From Camelus ferus (taxonomy: Eukaryota): DNA of 64,000 bases. How positions within the stretch are numbered: position 1 is the stretch's first letter; each line of letters begins with the position of its first letter. Below the pieces are notes generated by a model. That model made no database searches. It had not been told where the DNA came from and worked only from the letters and a program-made list of their open reading frames with translations. Location of the stretch: the NCBI RefSeq assembly GCF_009834535.1, contig NC_045697.1, positions 15,254,001 through 15,318,000 on the forward strand. Reading direction: 5' to 3'. Below, piece by piece: positions 37,531 to 50,385 of this stretch. Made by a program: the position numbers and the translations under genes.

Positions 37531-39004
37531 TCAGTGGACCGAATAATACAGTTAAGGTGGAAGGATCTGGGTGAGCTTAGATTGGAAGGGACTTAATATA
37601 AATAGGACTGCTGTGAATTCAATCACATATGGGAAACTACCAGATCCTCCGTTGGAGAGGAGGGACACAGAAAGATGAGCTCACATGGAACTCACAAATT
37701 CACTGCTGTAATGCATCCTCTGCACAGCCCACATATACCAGGAATTGGGAAGAGGGGTACCAACTGGTCCCCTGTCCATTACATCTAATGGTTAAGCAAG
37801 ATGGTGGAGCGTGGCTACCAAGGAAATCAGAGAGCTAATCTCTCATTCAGGTCCTGCTTTATAACATAGCTACCAGTGCTAACAAGTAATACCCTTTAGG
37901 GAGGAAAGAAGTAAAATTGAATTCAGTGTCTCTAATTATGTCTATAACATGTACAATTTGTTTAAATCTGATAGAACTGTAGGTGAAATGATGACTCATT
38001 TCATTACTCCCGAAGTCACCTACTTCTCAAGAGATTTTTTTTTCTTTTGACACAAGTAATGCAGGTCATAGGAGGGACACTTTTTTCTTCCCTTTAGATA
38101 GAATAGACCTAGGAATAATGAAATAATAAATAACTGAAATTCAAGTCCATTTCAAACAAAAAGGAATTACAATGATATAATACTATTGATCAGCTGGGAA
38201 AAAAATGATTTCATTGCTACACTAATTCTGCTACCAATTAGATTAGTACAGAAAGGACTGAATGTTGCCACTTCAAATTAATTGGCCTTTCAAAGCTCAA
38301 ACAGAAATGGCCATTTAAAATCAGTTTAGGAAGACTGCTGGCACTGATTTTTTTTTTAATAGTTCCATGAAAAGGGGAAAAAAAAATAAGTGCTAAGAGG
38401 CTTAAGGACATTATTAAACCCATTTATTACTCTTTTTTAAATACAGAGTAAATTATAGAAATTGTACCAAATCAACAAAGGGAAAGATAATAGGCCATAA
38501 TGAAATATGTATTTTTAAATAGGAGAAAGCTATTAAATCATAAATGACAGACCCATTAGGAAGTTATATAAATGTTTCCCTTTCAAGTCATATAAATTCC
38601 ATATCACTACTGAAGCATAGACATTTATTCATTATCCTAAACTTCAGACTTCTCATTTTTTCAAAACACACTTCAGATACTTTTTTCTTTTCATTTTAAC
38701 AATTAAACAATTTCATAGTTGCATCTCTTCAAAATATATTCTGCTGTTTGTTAAAATAAATGGGACTTACTTAGTGGTTAACAAAATAGAGAACTCTGGA
38801 CTTTGCTGTCACTGCTATCTGGCACCTTAAGGAATTACAATGTGTGAGGCTGGAAATGGAGAAGGCCGTGAGTGGTCCTCAATTGCAGACATCTTGTATA
38901 CTGCCTAAAATCCTCCTGTCATAAGGACTTTCCACTGAGTAGGAAAAGGAAAAAAACTGCAATCTCTTCCCTCGTTTCAGCTCTTACCATTCTTGTGCCG
39001 TGAT

Positions 39005-39212
39005 AAGCAACTGGATTCTGGAGCAAGACATACCTGGATTCAAATCATGCCCTTCCACTACCATAACTATGCCCTTGAATAAGTTATTAAACCATTTCTG
39101 GGCCTCAGTTTTCTACTTCAGATGATGGACACAATGATACTCCAAAGGAACCATTTACAATGATATAACAGGATCTAACACCATATTAATTGGATGCTCC
39201 ACAAATATTAAT
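39005..39212 (+). mobile_element. MIR SINE relic
   Basis: 'ggattctggagcaagacatacctggattcaaatc...ccttgaataagttattaaaccatttctgggcctcagtttt'. Confidence 0.8.
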
Positions 39213-39305
39213 TTTGCTTTCCTTAGAAGTCAGTTAGAACATGTTTTCAAAACCTGGCTCATTGAACCTGTGTCTCACCAAATACCTTTTTCAAAGTCTA
39301 GCAAT

Positions 39306-39644
39306 TTCTTAGTGCATTCATGTTGATGTAATACAATATCACAGATCAGGTAGTTTATAAACAACAAAAATGTATTTCTTCTGGAGGATGAGAAGTCTAA
39401 GATCAGGGTGCCAACATGGTCAGGCAAAGGCCCTGTTTCTGGTTGACAGCTGGCACCTTTTCACTGTGTCTCACATGGTGGAAGGGGCCAGGGAGTTTTT
39501 ATAAGGGCACTAATCTCATTCCTGAGGTCTCCACCCTCATGACCTAATCACCTCCAAAGGCCCTACTTTCTAACACCATCACATTGGGCACTAGGATTCC
39601 AACATGTGAATTTGGGGGGAACACAAACATTGAGAAAGATAAGC
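39306..39644 (-). mobile_element. MaLR LTR (MLT1A-like)
   Basis: 'gaagtctaagatcagggtgccaacatgg...ataagggcactaatctcattc...ccaccctcatgacctaatcacctccaaaggcc...accatcacattggg'. Confidence 0.88.
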
Positions 39645-39772
39645 AATCTACCTTAAAAGCTGAGTCAAGACAGCAGAATCAGACTGGGTGACCTAGAGCA
39701 GATGACATCAACTTTCCAAGCCTCTGTTCTCATCAAGAAGATGGAAACACAGTTTACTTTCTTAGGTGAGAG

Positions 39773-40006
39773 TGGGGTTTCTCTGTCTTGGCAATATACA
39801 CATTTAGTCCGGATCATTCTTTGTAGTGGGAGTCTTTCCTGTGCGTTGTAGGTTGTTTAGCAGCATGACTGGCCCCACCCAGTAGATGCCATGAGCAGCC
39901 CCACAATCAAAATATGTAACCATCAAAATATGTCCCCAGAGACTGCTGAATGTCCTCATTGAACAAATTCGCTGCCTGCCCTTCACCTTCACATTGAGAA
40001 CCACAG
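39773..40006 (-). mobile_element. hAT-Charlie MER20 element, inside a MIR relic
   Basis: 'ccggatcattctttgtagtggg...cctgtgcgttgtaggttgtttagcagcat...cagtagatgcca...ttgagaaccacag' matches the reverse complement of MER20. Confidence 0.85.
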
Positions 40007-41180
40007 GGTTAAAGTAAGCACAGTTAAGTTACTTGCAAAAATTTTAACATGGTACCTAGAGCACTGTTATGTTCAATAAATATTAGCTATTCATTTAAGA
40101 GATATTTATCTCTTCAATATTATACATAAGCATTGTCACAATGAAGAAACTGTCCAAGGAGAAACTAGATTTTTCCATAGTGGCCCCAAAGCTGCCAGAA
40201 ATGAAATGATTAAGCAGGATTCCTTTCATACAAATATTCATTTGGACTTTGGGTTTAGAATGATGCTAACATCCCACTCTGCCTGATGTCCTTCTCTGGG
40301 TCATCCTGTCTTCTCCCACAGGTGCTATGCTGCGTCTCTTAAAGCAAGGTTACATCGTGCTGCCCACAAAGCAGCAATTCAGAAACAGGGATACCTCTGA
40401 GCTCTGCTTTGAGCTGACGCCGGTCTTTGGCTCTACGTGGGGCTGGCACAGGCTCGCTCCTGACTGCAGCTCCCTTCAGGCTCTCCTTTCTTTCAAAAAG
40501 CCTTCTGCCAAGTTTACCACGTCAGTAGCATTTTGCACAACTTCCGTATGTGTTTCCAAGGTGCAGCTATCACAAAGGAATGATTTCAACATTAGGGATG
40601 GTGTTCGTAAACTCTTGAAAGAACTTCCCAGAAAATTAAAAATTTATCACAACAAGCAGAATCTACATTTCTGTGTGGCTTCATCAGCCTCACCTCATTG
40701 GCATTAGGGCATGGGATCGGTAATGAACCATCAGAAATGCCCCACGAGGTGCAGGCCAAGTACCTACAACAGAGATTGTCTCAACACTGCCCTGTGGCGT
40801 GTCTCCACAATACCTGTTGGTTACCCAGTCACGCTCAGAGAATGCAGACCTCTACTCTCGAATACCGTAAGGGAATTATGAGTAATGCAAGCCTATTGGG
40901 GTGGGGGGAGTCCTCATTTAATCCTACCAGTTGTTTAAGACAGAGACAAGATCCAGCTGTGGCTAATAGAGATCTGGGTTCTCCTGGCAGCCTGCAGAAG
41001 TGGTTACTGTGTTGTCTTAGGATTGCCCTGATAGATTTATGTCTATTCCACGTCATCAGTAAGGAAACTACCTATCTCACCGCTTACTGATGTATGTTCA
41101 TAAACACTTTATTGTTTAAGGCAAAAAACAAACAAACAAAAAGTTTAAAGCTACATATAGCACTCATCTTCACAGAACAG

Positions 41181-41390
41181 CAGGACCGCAAACTTCATCA
41201 CTACCCAGTCAAATCCAGCCCCTCACCTGTTCCGTAAATAAAAATTTAGTGAAACACAGCAAGTTTGTTTGTTTTTGTACCATCTATGGCCACTTTCAGG
41301 CTACAATGACAGAATGGAGCAGCTGTGACAGAGACCAAACAGGCCACAGATCCTAAAATACCTACCACCTCGCTGCTGGAGTCTGCTAAT
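41181..41390 (-). mobile_element. hAT-Charlie MER58A-like element
   Basis: 'caaatccagccc...gtaaataaaaatttagtgaaacacagc...gcagctgtgacagagacc...cctaaaata'. Confidence 0.78.
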
Positions 41391-41417
41391 GACTCTGAGA
41401 CACAGCCATGCTCTGAT

Positions 41418-41832
41418 CTGTGAATGTGATCTTATTTGGGGAAAAAAGGTCTTTGCAGATGTAATTAAGTTAAGGATCTTGAAACAATGAGATTATCCTG
41501 GTTTATCTGAGTGGGCCCTCAATGACAAGGTAAGTGTCCTTACATGAGAGAGGCAGAGGGAGATAAGACATACACAGAAGAGAAGGCAGTACTAATACAG
41601 AGGAAAGAAACTAGAATTTTGTGGCCACGTGCCACGAGATTCAAAGACTTGCTGGGAGACAGCAGAAGCTGGAAAAGGCAAGGATTCTCCCTCAGAGCCT
41701 CTGGAGGGAGCAGAGTCCTGCTGACACCTTGATTTTGGATTTCTGGCCTCCAGAACTGTGAAAGAATAAATATCTTTTTTTAAGCCATTAAGTTTGCAGT
41801 AATTTATTACAGCAAGCCAGGAAACTGAAACA
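41418..41832 (+). mobile_element. MaLR LTR (MLT1C/D-like)
   Basis: 'tgtgaatgtgatcttatttgg...ggtctttgcagatgtaattaagttaagg...ctgacaccttgattttggatttctggcctccagaactgtg...ggaaactgaaaca'. Confidence 0.9.
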
Positions 41833-41994
41833 CTGGACTTGTACAGAGAAAGCTTCCTGACTCCTGGCAGAGACCTTGGTGCGCTGGTGCTCCCCTGCAA
41901 GTGTGCGGCATGGTGACCTGAAGCCCGAAACCACAAGCCTGAAGGTCAGGGTGTCTCCAAACAGTCACAACCTGCATCGGTGTTTCCAGGTATT

Positions 41995-42339
41995 TGTTAT
42001 GGACTGAATGCTTGTGTCTCCCCAAAATGCATGTGTTGACGTCCCAACCTCATAATGTGATGGTATTAGGAAGTGGGACCTTTGGGAAGTGATTAGTTCG
42101 TGAGAGTGGAGTCCGTAAGAGAGACCCCAGAGAGATCCCTCACCCCTTCCTCCACGTGACGCCCCAGCGAGAAGACAGGAACCCGGAAACAGGCCTTCAC
42201 CAGATACTGGATCTGCCAGCAACTGCCAGGTCTTGGCCTCCCTTCCCCGTCTGCAGAACTGTGAGACATCAATGAGTAGTGTTTAAGCCACCCACAGGCT
42301 ACAGTATTTTTGTTAGAGCAGCTCAACAGGACTAAGACA
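41995..42339 (+). mobile_element. MaLR LTR (MLT1A0-like), complete
   Basis: TGTTATGGACTGAATG...GACTAAGACA termini and a 5-bp TSD GTATT (41990-41994, 42340-42344). Confidence 0.92.
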
Positions 42340-42409
42340 GTATTGTTCTAATATTTTTGGAAAAATAAAAGAACGTTTCTTGAGATTGTGCCATTGTGAC
42401 AGTGTTTTT

Positions 42410-42880
42410 ATATTTCATTCTTTCATTTATTACATATATATTTTTAAAACACACAAAAATAATAAATAAAAAATACTTCTGTGTCTCCCACCTAGCCTAA
42501 GGAAAATAAAACCTTACACACATTGCTATAGCCGTCCACGGACCCTTTCTGATGCTGTCTAAGTGTGATGCTTACCAAGCCTGTGCACCTCTTTTTATAT
42601 TGACATCGCAGCATGGATGTTCTTAAACTCACCTCTGATGCGCACCTGCAACAGTAACTCCAAGGTTTTTACTTAGGAATGGACCTTTTTGGTTATGCGG
42701 CGTGTGTGTGTGTCTTCTGCTCTATCCTTTGGTGCCAAATTGCTTTGGAAAGGGATGTAATAATTTACACTGCAAGCAATAGTGTTTCAGTGTTCCTATT
42801 TCCCCAGCCCTCATCAACACTTGGCAAAAGCAGGATTTTAAATACTTGCTAATTTCATGTGTATGAAGCGAGCATATTTC
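42410..42880 (-). mobile_element. Ancient L1ME-type relic
   Basis: 'tgccaaattgctttggaaagg...aatttacactgcaagcaatagtgt...gttcctatttccccagccctcatcaacacttgg'. Confidence 0.6.
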
Positions 42881-43161
42881 TTCAGTGTAAAGCTCTCCTT
42901 AGACAACTACCACGTTCTTCCATGTAACTTTCCGGTCTTATAGTAAATATAAGATAGAAAAGAAAAAAACCTTCTGAAATACAAACCTAGTTTAAATTGT
43001 ATCCAGTATATGGTTGGAGTATTGGTAAAAATACTGGATTAACTGTGTGTGACAGGTGTCATTCAGCTCTTGTGCAAGCTTTCTTGCCCATTACTACAGG
43101 TGGCTAAATTATTCTTTCCTCATGGCTCTTTCCTGCTCTGAAAGTCTCTCCTTGTCTTAAG

Positions 43162-44100
43162 CATTTCTCCAGTGAAGATATACAAATGCCCAACAGGCAC
43201 ATGAAAACATGCTCAATATCACTAATTATCAGAGGAATGCAAATTAAAACTACAATGAGGTATCACTTCACACCAGTCAGAATGGCCATCATTATAAAGT
43301 CCACAAACAATAGATGCTGGAGAGGGTGTGGAGACAAGGGAACCCTCCTATACTGATGGTGGGAATGCAGTTTGGTGCAGCCCCTGTGGAAAACAGTATG
43401 GAGATTCCTCAAAACACTAAAAATAGACTTATCATATGATCCAGCAATCCCACTCCTGGGCATATATCCAGAGGGAACTTTAATTTGAAAAGACACATGC
43501 ACCCCAATGTTCATAGCAGCGCTATATACAATAGCCAAGACATGGAAACAACCTAAATGTCCATCAACAGATGACTGAATAAAGAAGCTGTGGTATATTT
43601 ATACAATGGAATATTACTCAGCCATAAAAAAGAATAAAGTAATGCCATTTGCAGCAACATGGATGGACCTGGAGACTGTCATTCTAAGTGAGGTAAGCCA
43701 GAAAGAGAAAGAAAAATACCATATTACATCACTCATATGTCGAATCTAAAAAAAAAAAGAACACAGAGGAAACTAATAAACTCATCTACAAAACAGAAAC
43801 AGACTTGCAGACATAGTAAACAATCTTATGGTTACTGGGGAAAGGGGGTGGGGAGGGATACATTGGGAGTTTGAGATTTGCAGATACTAACTACTACATA
43901 TAAAATAAACAACAAGTTTCTACTGTACAGCACAGGAACTATATTCAATATTCTGTAGTAACCTATAATGGAAAAGAATATGAAAACAAATACATGTATG
44001 TATATGTATAACTGAAACATTATGCCGTATACCAGAAATTGACACAACATTGTAATCCGACTATAGTTCAATTTAAAAAAAAAGAAATAAAAAAAAGAAA
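43162..44100 (+). mobile_element. Relatively young 5'-truncated LINE-1 (ORF2 C-terminus, 3' UTR, A tail)
   Basis: Plus frame reads [42 protein letters not shown]...[12 protein letters not shown]...[12 protein letters not shown]...WKQPKCPS, the ORF2p C-terminal Cys-rich region, with a few in-frame stops. Confidence 0.96.
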
Positions 44101-44259
44101 GAGAATCTCAAGCAAGGTAGGCAATTCTATTATTTTAATGTCTCTTTTATTCAGGATGTATGATAACCTGCACAAAACACACGTGTCCCTTGGGTGACGT
44201 TCTGCTGTATCCACCTGTATAGAGCAGCAGCTGGTCCACTTGTCTCCAGCTGCCCTGGC

Positions 44260-45500
44260 CTTCTCTCACTTCCTCCTGCCACACGGCTTCCCATGTGCTG
44301 TTCCCTCTGCCTGGAACGCTCTCCCCTCCTGTCTGGGCTTAGCTAAGCTTATCCTCCTTCAGGTCTCAGCTCAGGTCTCACCTCTTTAAGGAGTTCTGCC
44401 CCCAAGCTCCCCAACAAGATCTCATTTCCCCGTGATGGCTTCCTAGTCAACATGCCTATCCTTTCAGAACTGTCAGGTCTCCATCGTTATACAATAAATG
44501 GGGGTCATCATGAATCATGTACAAAGTGGGGTCATGTCAGTATAAAATCAGTGAAAAAATAATACTTTCCACTTTCCCTCTACAGTCACAGAATTCAGAA
44601 AATAAACTGTGAAAGATACATAGTACAGAGTGGATTGAACTCAGAGCCCCAAACAGTCATAAGTCATGTCCTAATGAGGTTCTACCCAAGAAATTAAAGA
44701 CTGAGAATTGAAAACAGAGAATAAAGACTGGGCAGAGCACTGAAGTCAACTGAGTTATATTTGATCCCATGTTATTTTTGAGTGTGTGTGTTGTGTGTGT
44801 GTGGGGGTGTTTCCTTGAGTTTTAGTCCACATAAAATCTAGCTTACGTGCTGTTAGACTGATGTCCATCTCCCCACCTGGACCTTAAACTTCATGAGGGC
44901 TGAATTCTGTGTAATGCTCAGTGATTATTTGTTGAAAGGAAATGAACATAAAAATGGGCCATAAAAGTACGTTATGATTGGGGAAAAGAAGAGAATCAGA
45001 TACCAAAGAAATGAAATGGTTCCCTATTAAATTTAGAATAAGCTCGAAAGTCCTTGCTGAGCCCTACAAGGCACTGACTGGCCCTTACCCCCCTCCAACC
45101 TCACATCATCGTCCCTCTCATTTGCCACCCTCCAAACAAATTTTTCTAAATTCCTCAGTCACACTGCCTAGAACTTTCTTCCCTCAGGTCTTTACTTGAC
45201 TGACTCCTCATCTTTCTGATGTTGGCCTGAATGTCACCTCCTGAGAAAAACCCCATCTCAATAGCCCTTCTAAAGCCAACCTCATCCTCCTCAAATCCAC
45301 TTACTATCTGCTGCTCATTTATTTCACAGAACTCATCCCAGGCCTAAAACGTGTTGTTTCTTCATCTGCCTTGTTTCTCACGTCTTGACTCTTCTTCTCT
45401 ACGGAAGCTGCACGAAGGCTTATTTCGCTGTATTTCCAACTCCTATTATAATATCTAGCCCAGAGTAAGTACTCAGTAAATATCTGATGAATAAAGAAAT
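44260..45500 (+). mobile_element. Cluster of L2 3' relics (about 44260-44480, 44820-44950, 45020-45500)
   Basis: 'tgctgttccctctgcctggaacgctctccc', 'aaacttcatgagggc', 'aatgtcacctcctgaga', 'gtactcagtaaatatctgatgaataaa'. Confidence 0.7.
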
Positions 45501-47479
45501 GAAGATGACTCTACTCTGATGGCATAAAGCAGTGGCAGAGGGAGGGCACAGAGCCTCCAGGAGAACGCAGAGGAACTGCAGCATCCCCTCCAATTCATTG
45601 CTCGGACACCGATCCATCCCACCCAGAAGGAGGAGGCAAGGCTGAGACGTGGGGTCCAATCTTCCCTTCTGGCCAGCAGAGCAGACAGCTCTGGTGCTCA
45701 GCATCAGTGCAAACATGTTATCTGGAAGGTCTAAGTGATGTCAATTTACGTTCAAAACTAACACTCAAAAAATAGCTTTTAAAGAGGAAAAACACAAGAA
45801 ACACGTAGGAGAGCGTCTTACTTCAACTGGCTTAAATGGTTTCTCATGAAAATCTGAATGTCTTCAAGATCATCCAAAAATAAAGCCAAAGCAGACAGGA
45901 TGTTTCTAAAGATCAAGTCCCCAGTTTCATCATAGAATTAAATGTCTTATTTAGGAGCCATTTGTGAAGCCCAAGAGATGTCCCCAAATTTCATTCTGAA
46001 ATTACAGATTTTATTTCTAAAAACAACCATGATTAAGCATGACATCTACAGATGCCTGCTCTCATCTGCAGCTCCAATCTGGGGAGAATCAAAGCCATAA
46101 GGAACTAAATTACGTAAGGGAGACTATTCATTACTCTCTAATCTAGCTCAATCTGAGTTAAGAGGCAAATGAAATTTGATTATCCGGCAGTTTACTTTAC
46201 AGCTTCTGTGTTTAACTTACTTTTCCTCAGAAGATTAAAAAAGTCATCTGAACTATTATTTTATGCAGATTTGAACTTGATTTTGTTTTTTTAAGCTCAT
46301 TTGTTATGTGAGAAGTGATTTTTAAAGAGCAGAAGCCCTTCATTTGGTATGACTTGCCCCTGCTCGGCCAATAAGATGCCTTAATTATTGACTAGCTGAA
46401 ATCTGCTATCTATTTTAAAAAAAAAAACAAAAAACCTATTCAAAATAAAAGTGAAAAGTAACCCTATTATTTATTGACTGTTTATAGAGTTCTTTTGGTG
46501 CATGCAATGAGTTGACAGCTTTGACTAAGCAAAGAACTGATTTTAAAAAAAAAAAATCAGTTTTGATATCTTCACATTGAAAAGGCTTCTTTTTAAAAGT
46601 AGTTCAAAATATAGTCTCTCCTAAGGTGCTACCGCTTTTCAAATAAAGACTCAGAAAAGAAGGCAGGCTTATAAAATGACATCCCGTCCCTAACATCTAC
46701 TGCAGACACTCCAGCAGCTGTCAGTTAGACAAGATGCCAGTTTTCTGTACAGAGGGTGGCATCTATTTATATAGTTTACAAAGTTTTAATGGCTTAAAGG
46801 AAAAAAAGACAGTCGGTTATAGGATTCTCTCATTTTAACTAACTAGTACTTCTTAACATCTCTACTTATGCAATGAAACCATCCGAGCTTTACAGAGGGT
46901 GGGGGGTATCTCTTACAGTTCCAATCCTAAGACGCACCAAGTTGGCTCTTTGAGGTGGCTTTCTAAAAGCTATCCTAAGTCCTGAAAGTCAGTAAGAGTT
47001 TATGTTAAAACACATCACACGCACGATGCACACTGAGCCTGGAACTGTAGCACACGTGCGCCTGCCAGATCCCTGCCTAATATCATAAGCAATAGTGGGG
47101 TTCCTTAGTATTTAGTGCTGGGTCCTGTCTTTTAATTCAACCATTAGCCTTGTCATGGTTCCCAGTTCAGTCACAGCCTTCCAGTGCCCCCTGGTACAGT
47201 CCAGGATTCCTTATTGTTATTGTCTGTTTGACCCAAATGCTCTCTCTCTAGTCCTTGTTCTTCCAAATGATGATTCTCTTTACATCTGCAGGTGCATACT
47301 TCCCTCTAGGTAATTCTACAGCCTCTGCAAAGCACCAACTCACCCCCAAAGGTCTCCTAGGGTACCAGAAATGAGTGGTGACATTTTTTATTCTTTCCCC
47401 ATCTAGTAATGGACTCTCTCTAACTCCAATTGCAACATTACTTCTGCTACTGTTCATCCAGCACATCCATGACTTTTCA

Positions 47480-49150
47480 ACAATGTCATGTTTTATGATC
47501 TACAATCAATATTTACCAGGTCCCTCCTATGTTTTGAATATTATTATGAGCACTGGGGACACAAAGATGATTACAGTATTGTCCCTGCAGTGTAGATGTT
47601 TATTACCTAACCCAGGGAATGGTGAATCTGATGGATGTTATGGTAGTGTGTGAGGCGCTCCATTCATTTATTTATTCAGCAAATGCTTAAGCACCTGCTA
47701 TGCACCAGTCACTGCTAAGTACTGGGTATACAATACAAGAAAGCAGTTGTGGTTTTGTTCACACACTCAAGGAGGTTACAACCTAGTGTAGGAAATAGAC
47801 AATAAACACTCATGTAAGCACAGTCTTAAAAGTCAAATAGGGTGCAGAGTTGTGAAGGAAACAAAGCAGATGAAGGAGTGGAACATACTGGGAGGAGTAG
47901 GGCTCTACAGAAACAGGGCTCTGAGAAAGTGGGGTATAAGCTGACGCCAGAAGCACAGAAGTTGCTGGCCATGCCAAGACCAGCAACGTGTAGACCAAAG
48001 TTGCTGCATCTGCAAAGATCCTGAGGCTGAAAGGAGCCTGGCACAGCCAAGGACTGGAGGGACTAGTCATACAGCCAGTGTGACTAGAGCCTAGAGACAA
48101 AGCAGAAGTGAAAAAGATGAAGTGTAGAGGTATACAGACTGCGCAAAGGTGATTTTAGAGAGAGATTTATATAATATATGAGGTTGTATATGTTATATAA
48201 TATTATATTATTCTACTGTTACATAATACATATTCCCTTCTTTACAATAAGAAACACTAGCTTCATTTGATAGTCCACAGCCTGCCTATCTATCCATCTA
48301 TCTATATTTTTTTTAATTCCCCTCTGAACATCATGTAGGGAATAGATTAGAGAAAGGGTGGGGGCCATGCAGTAGTCTAGGAGATGATGGTGTCTTAGAC
48401 CATTAATTCATGCAGCCGAAAATTATGGAGCTATTTATCCTGCCAAAAATTGTACAAGCGACTTAGCACTGAAAAAAGCCACATCCCTGCTATCAAAGAG
48501 CCAGAATTCTAGTAAGAGAGATGAAAGATAACAGAAGTAACCAGACAAACATAACATGTCAGGTGGCAAAAAAGGCCACAAAGATAATGAAGGCAGGGTG
48601 AAGGGTCAGAGCGTCGGGAGCGCTGATGGGTCCCGCTGGGAGTGTGGCAGGGGCTCGGAGAGGGCACTACATCCACCTGGAAAGCAAGGGGAGGCTTCTC
48701 AGGAGAGAAAACACAGGCTTAAACTGAAGCATGAGTAAGAATGGGCCAAAAAGAAGGAGGGGGCAATGGGGAGGGGGGTGGACAAACTGGATGTAGGAAA
48801 AGGAACTAGATTCTGAAGGTTTGATTGAAAGGTTCCCATATGGAGAGCGAAGGAAGACCAGAGCAGTGCCAGCAGGGACCAGACCAGGCAGCAGAGACCC
48901 AGCCAAAGCTAGGGAAAGGCTTTTTGCAGGGGAATGAATTAGAATGATCATGCACTCAGCATTGTGGAGGATGGCTGGAGGGAGGGCAGCCACGGTGGTC
49001 CATTAGCAAACACTGGGTGTGATGCAGGAGTAAGAGGCTGGCGGCTATGAAGATGGGGGGGGGGAGAAAAAACCAGGGTGTACGGGTGGATCTGAAAGAT
49101 GTCAAGGATGCAGAATGGTCAGAACTCAATCACTGCTTGGATGTGTGCAC
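47480..49150 (-). mobile_element. Cluster of L2 relics, reverse orientation
   Basis: 'cattcatttatttattcagcaaatgcttaagcacctgctatgcaccag...', 'ctgctatcaaagagccagaattctagt' and similar L2 3'-end patterns. Confidence 0.7.
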
Positions 49151-49259
49151 AGGGGTGGGGGTGGGAAGAGAAAAGTCCAGCCTGCCACATCGTGATATGC
49201 AACATCCTCTAAAATACACCTTTTCTTCTCTCTGCCCTCATGTGTATCAGCATTCTCAT

Positions 49260-49668
49260 ACGTTTTGGCATCACCAGCTTTCTTTCAGACCTTGTAAGTG
49301 CCACGCTCCTTCCCAGCTCGTGGTCTCTGCTCCAGTGGCTCCCTCTGCCTGGACAGATCTCTCCCAGGGTCTTTGCTGAGCTGTCCCTTCTCATTCAAGC
49401 CTCTGCTTATGTGTCATTTCCTTTCCCTGCTCATCCTCGGCCCACCTTGACTTCACATCACCAGCACACTGCTCCCTAAAATCAGCTTCCTTTTAAATTA
49501 TTCATGTGCTGATTTTCTCAAAGGTTTGTTTATTCACAGTTCTGTTTATGTGTTTGTTTATAGATATGGGCAGGGTCCCCCCTGAGCTCAACAGCAGTGG
49601 CCTCACCTTCCTCGTCTAGCATTCTGTGTGTAGGCCCTTGAGGGCATCCTTGTGAATGAATGAGTGGA
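49260..49668 (+). mobile_element. L2 3' relic
   Basis: 'ggctccctctgcctggacagatctctcc...cttctcattcaagcctctgctta...gtgaatgaatgagtg'. Confidence 0.65.
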
Positions 49669-49889
49669 TGCGAAGTACAGGAACTGGATAACAAACTACA
49701 TACAAAGCTTAAAGCTGAGTGGTCGAGTTGCCAAAATAAAAAGGTTCTTGTTCTGGAAGATACAAGTAGAATACGAATTGAAAAGGTATGCATTTGAAAA
49801 CAATGCACAGAAGAAAGGAGAACCAAGAAGCCCAACTGCATCGTGACTATTAAAATCATGATTATTCTATGAAAATGCTGACCTTAGTC

Positions 49890-50111
49890 CAGGGACTGAC
49901 GAGCTTTTTCTGTAAAGGGCCAGACAGTAAGTATTTTGGGCTTTGCAAGGCACTAAGGATGCTTTTTGTTGCAACTACTTGACTCTGCCATTATAACAGG
50001 AGAGCAGACACAGACAATACATAAACCAATGAGCATGGCTGTGTCCTGGTAAAATTTTATTTACAAAAAGCAGGACAAAATTGGCCAGAGAGGCATACCT
50101 GCCAACTCCTG
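49890..50111 (+). mobile_element. hAT-Charlie MER58A element
   Basis: 'tttttctgtaaagggccagacagtaagtattttgggctttgc...gcatggctgtgtcc...tttatttacaaaaagcagg...tgccaactcctg'. Confidence 0.88.
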
Positions 50112-50174
50112 GTTCAGACTGCTCCAAAATAGGTATGCAAGGGTGGCATATAATTGAAACTTATAAGGAGGAAA

Positions 50175-50385
50175 GAATAACCTTTACTGGGACTTGACTA
50201 TGTGCCAGACTTTATGCAAGATGATTGGCATGTGTACCTCATTTGAAGTTTTTAATCATTCTGGCAGATAGCATTATTACAGATCTTTGGCAGTAATTAA
50301 GAATTCAAAGAAGAGAAGTAACTTACTCAGGTCATATAGTTAGGGAGCCAGGATTTAAATCCAGGAAGCCTCTCTGACTCTCAGC
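50175..50385 (-). mobile_element. MIR SINE relic
   Basis: 'actatgtgccagac...aagtaacttactcaggtcatatag...gagccaggatttaaatccagg'. Confidence 0.78.
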
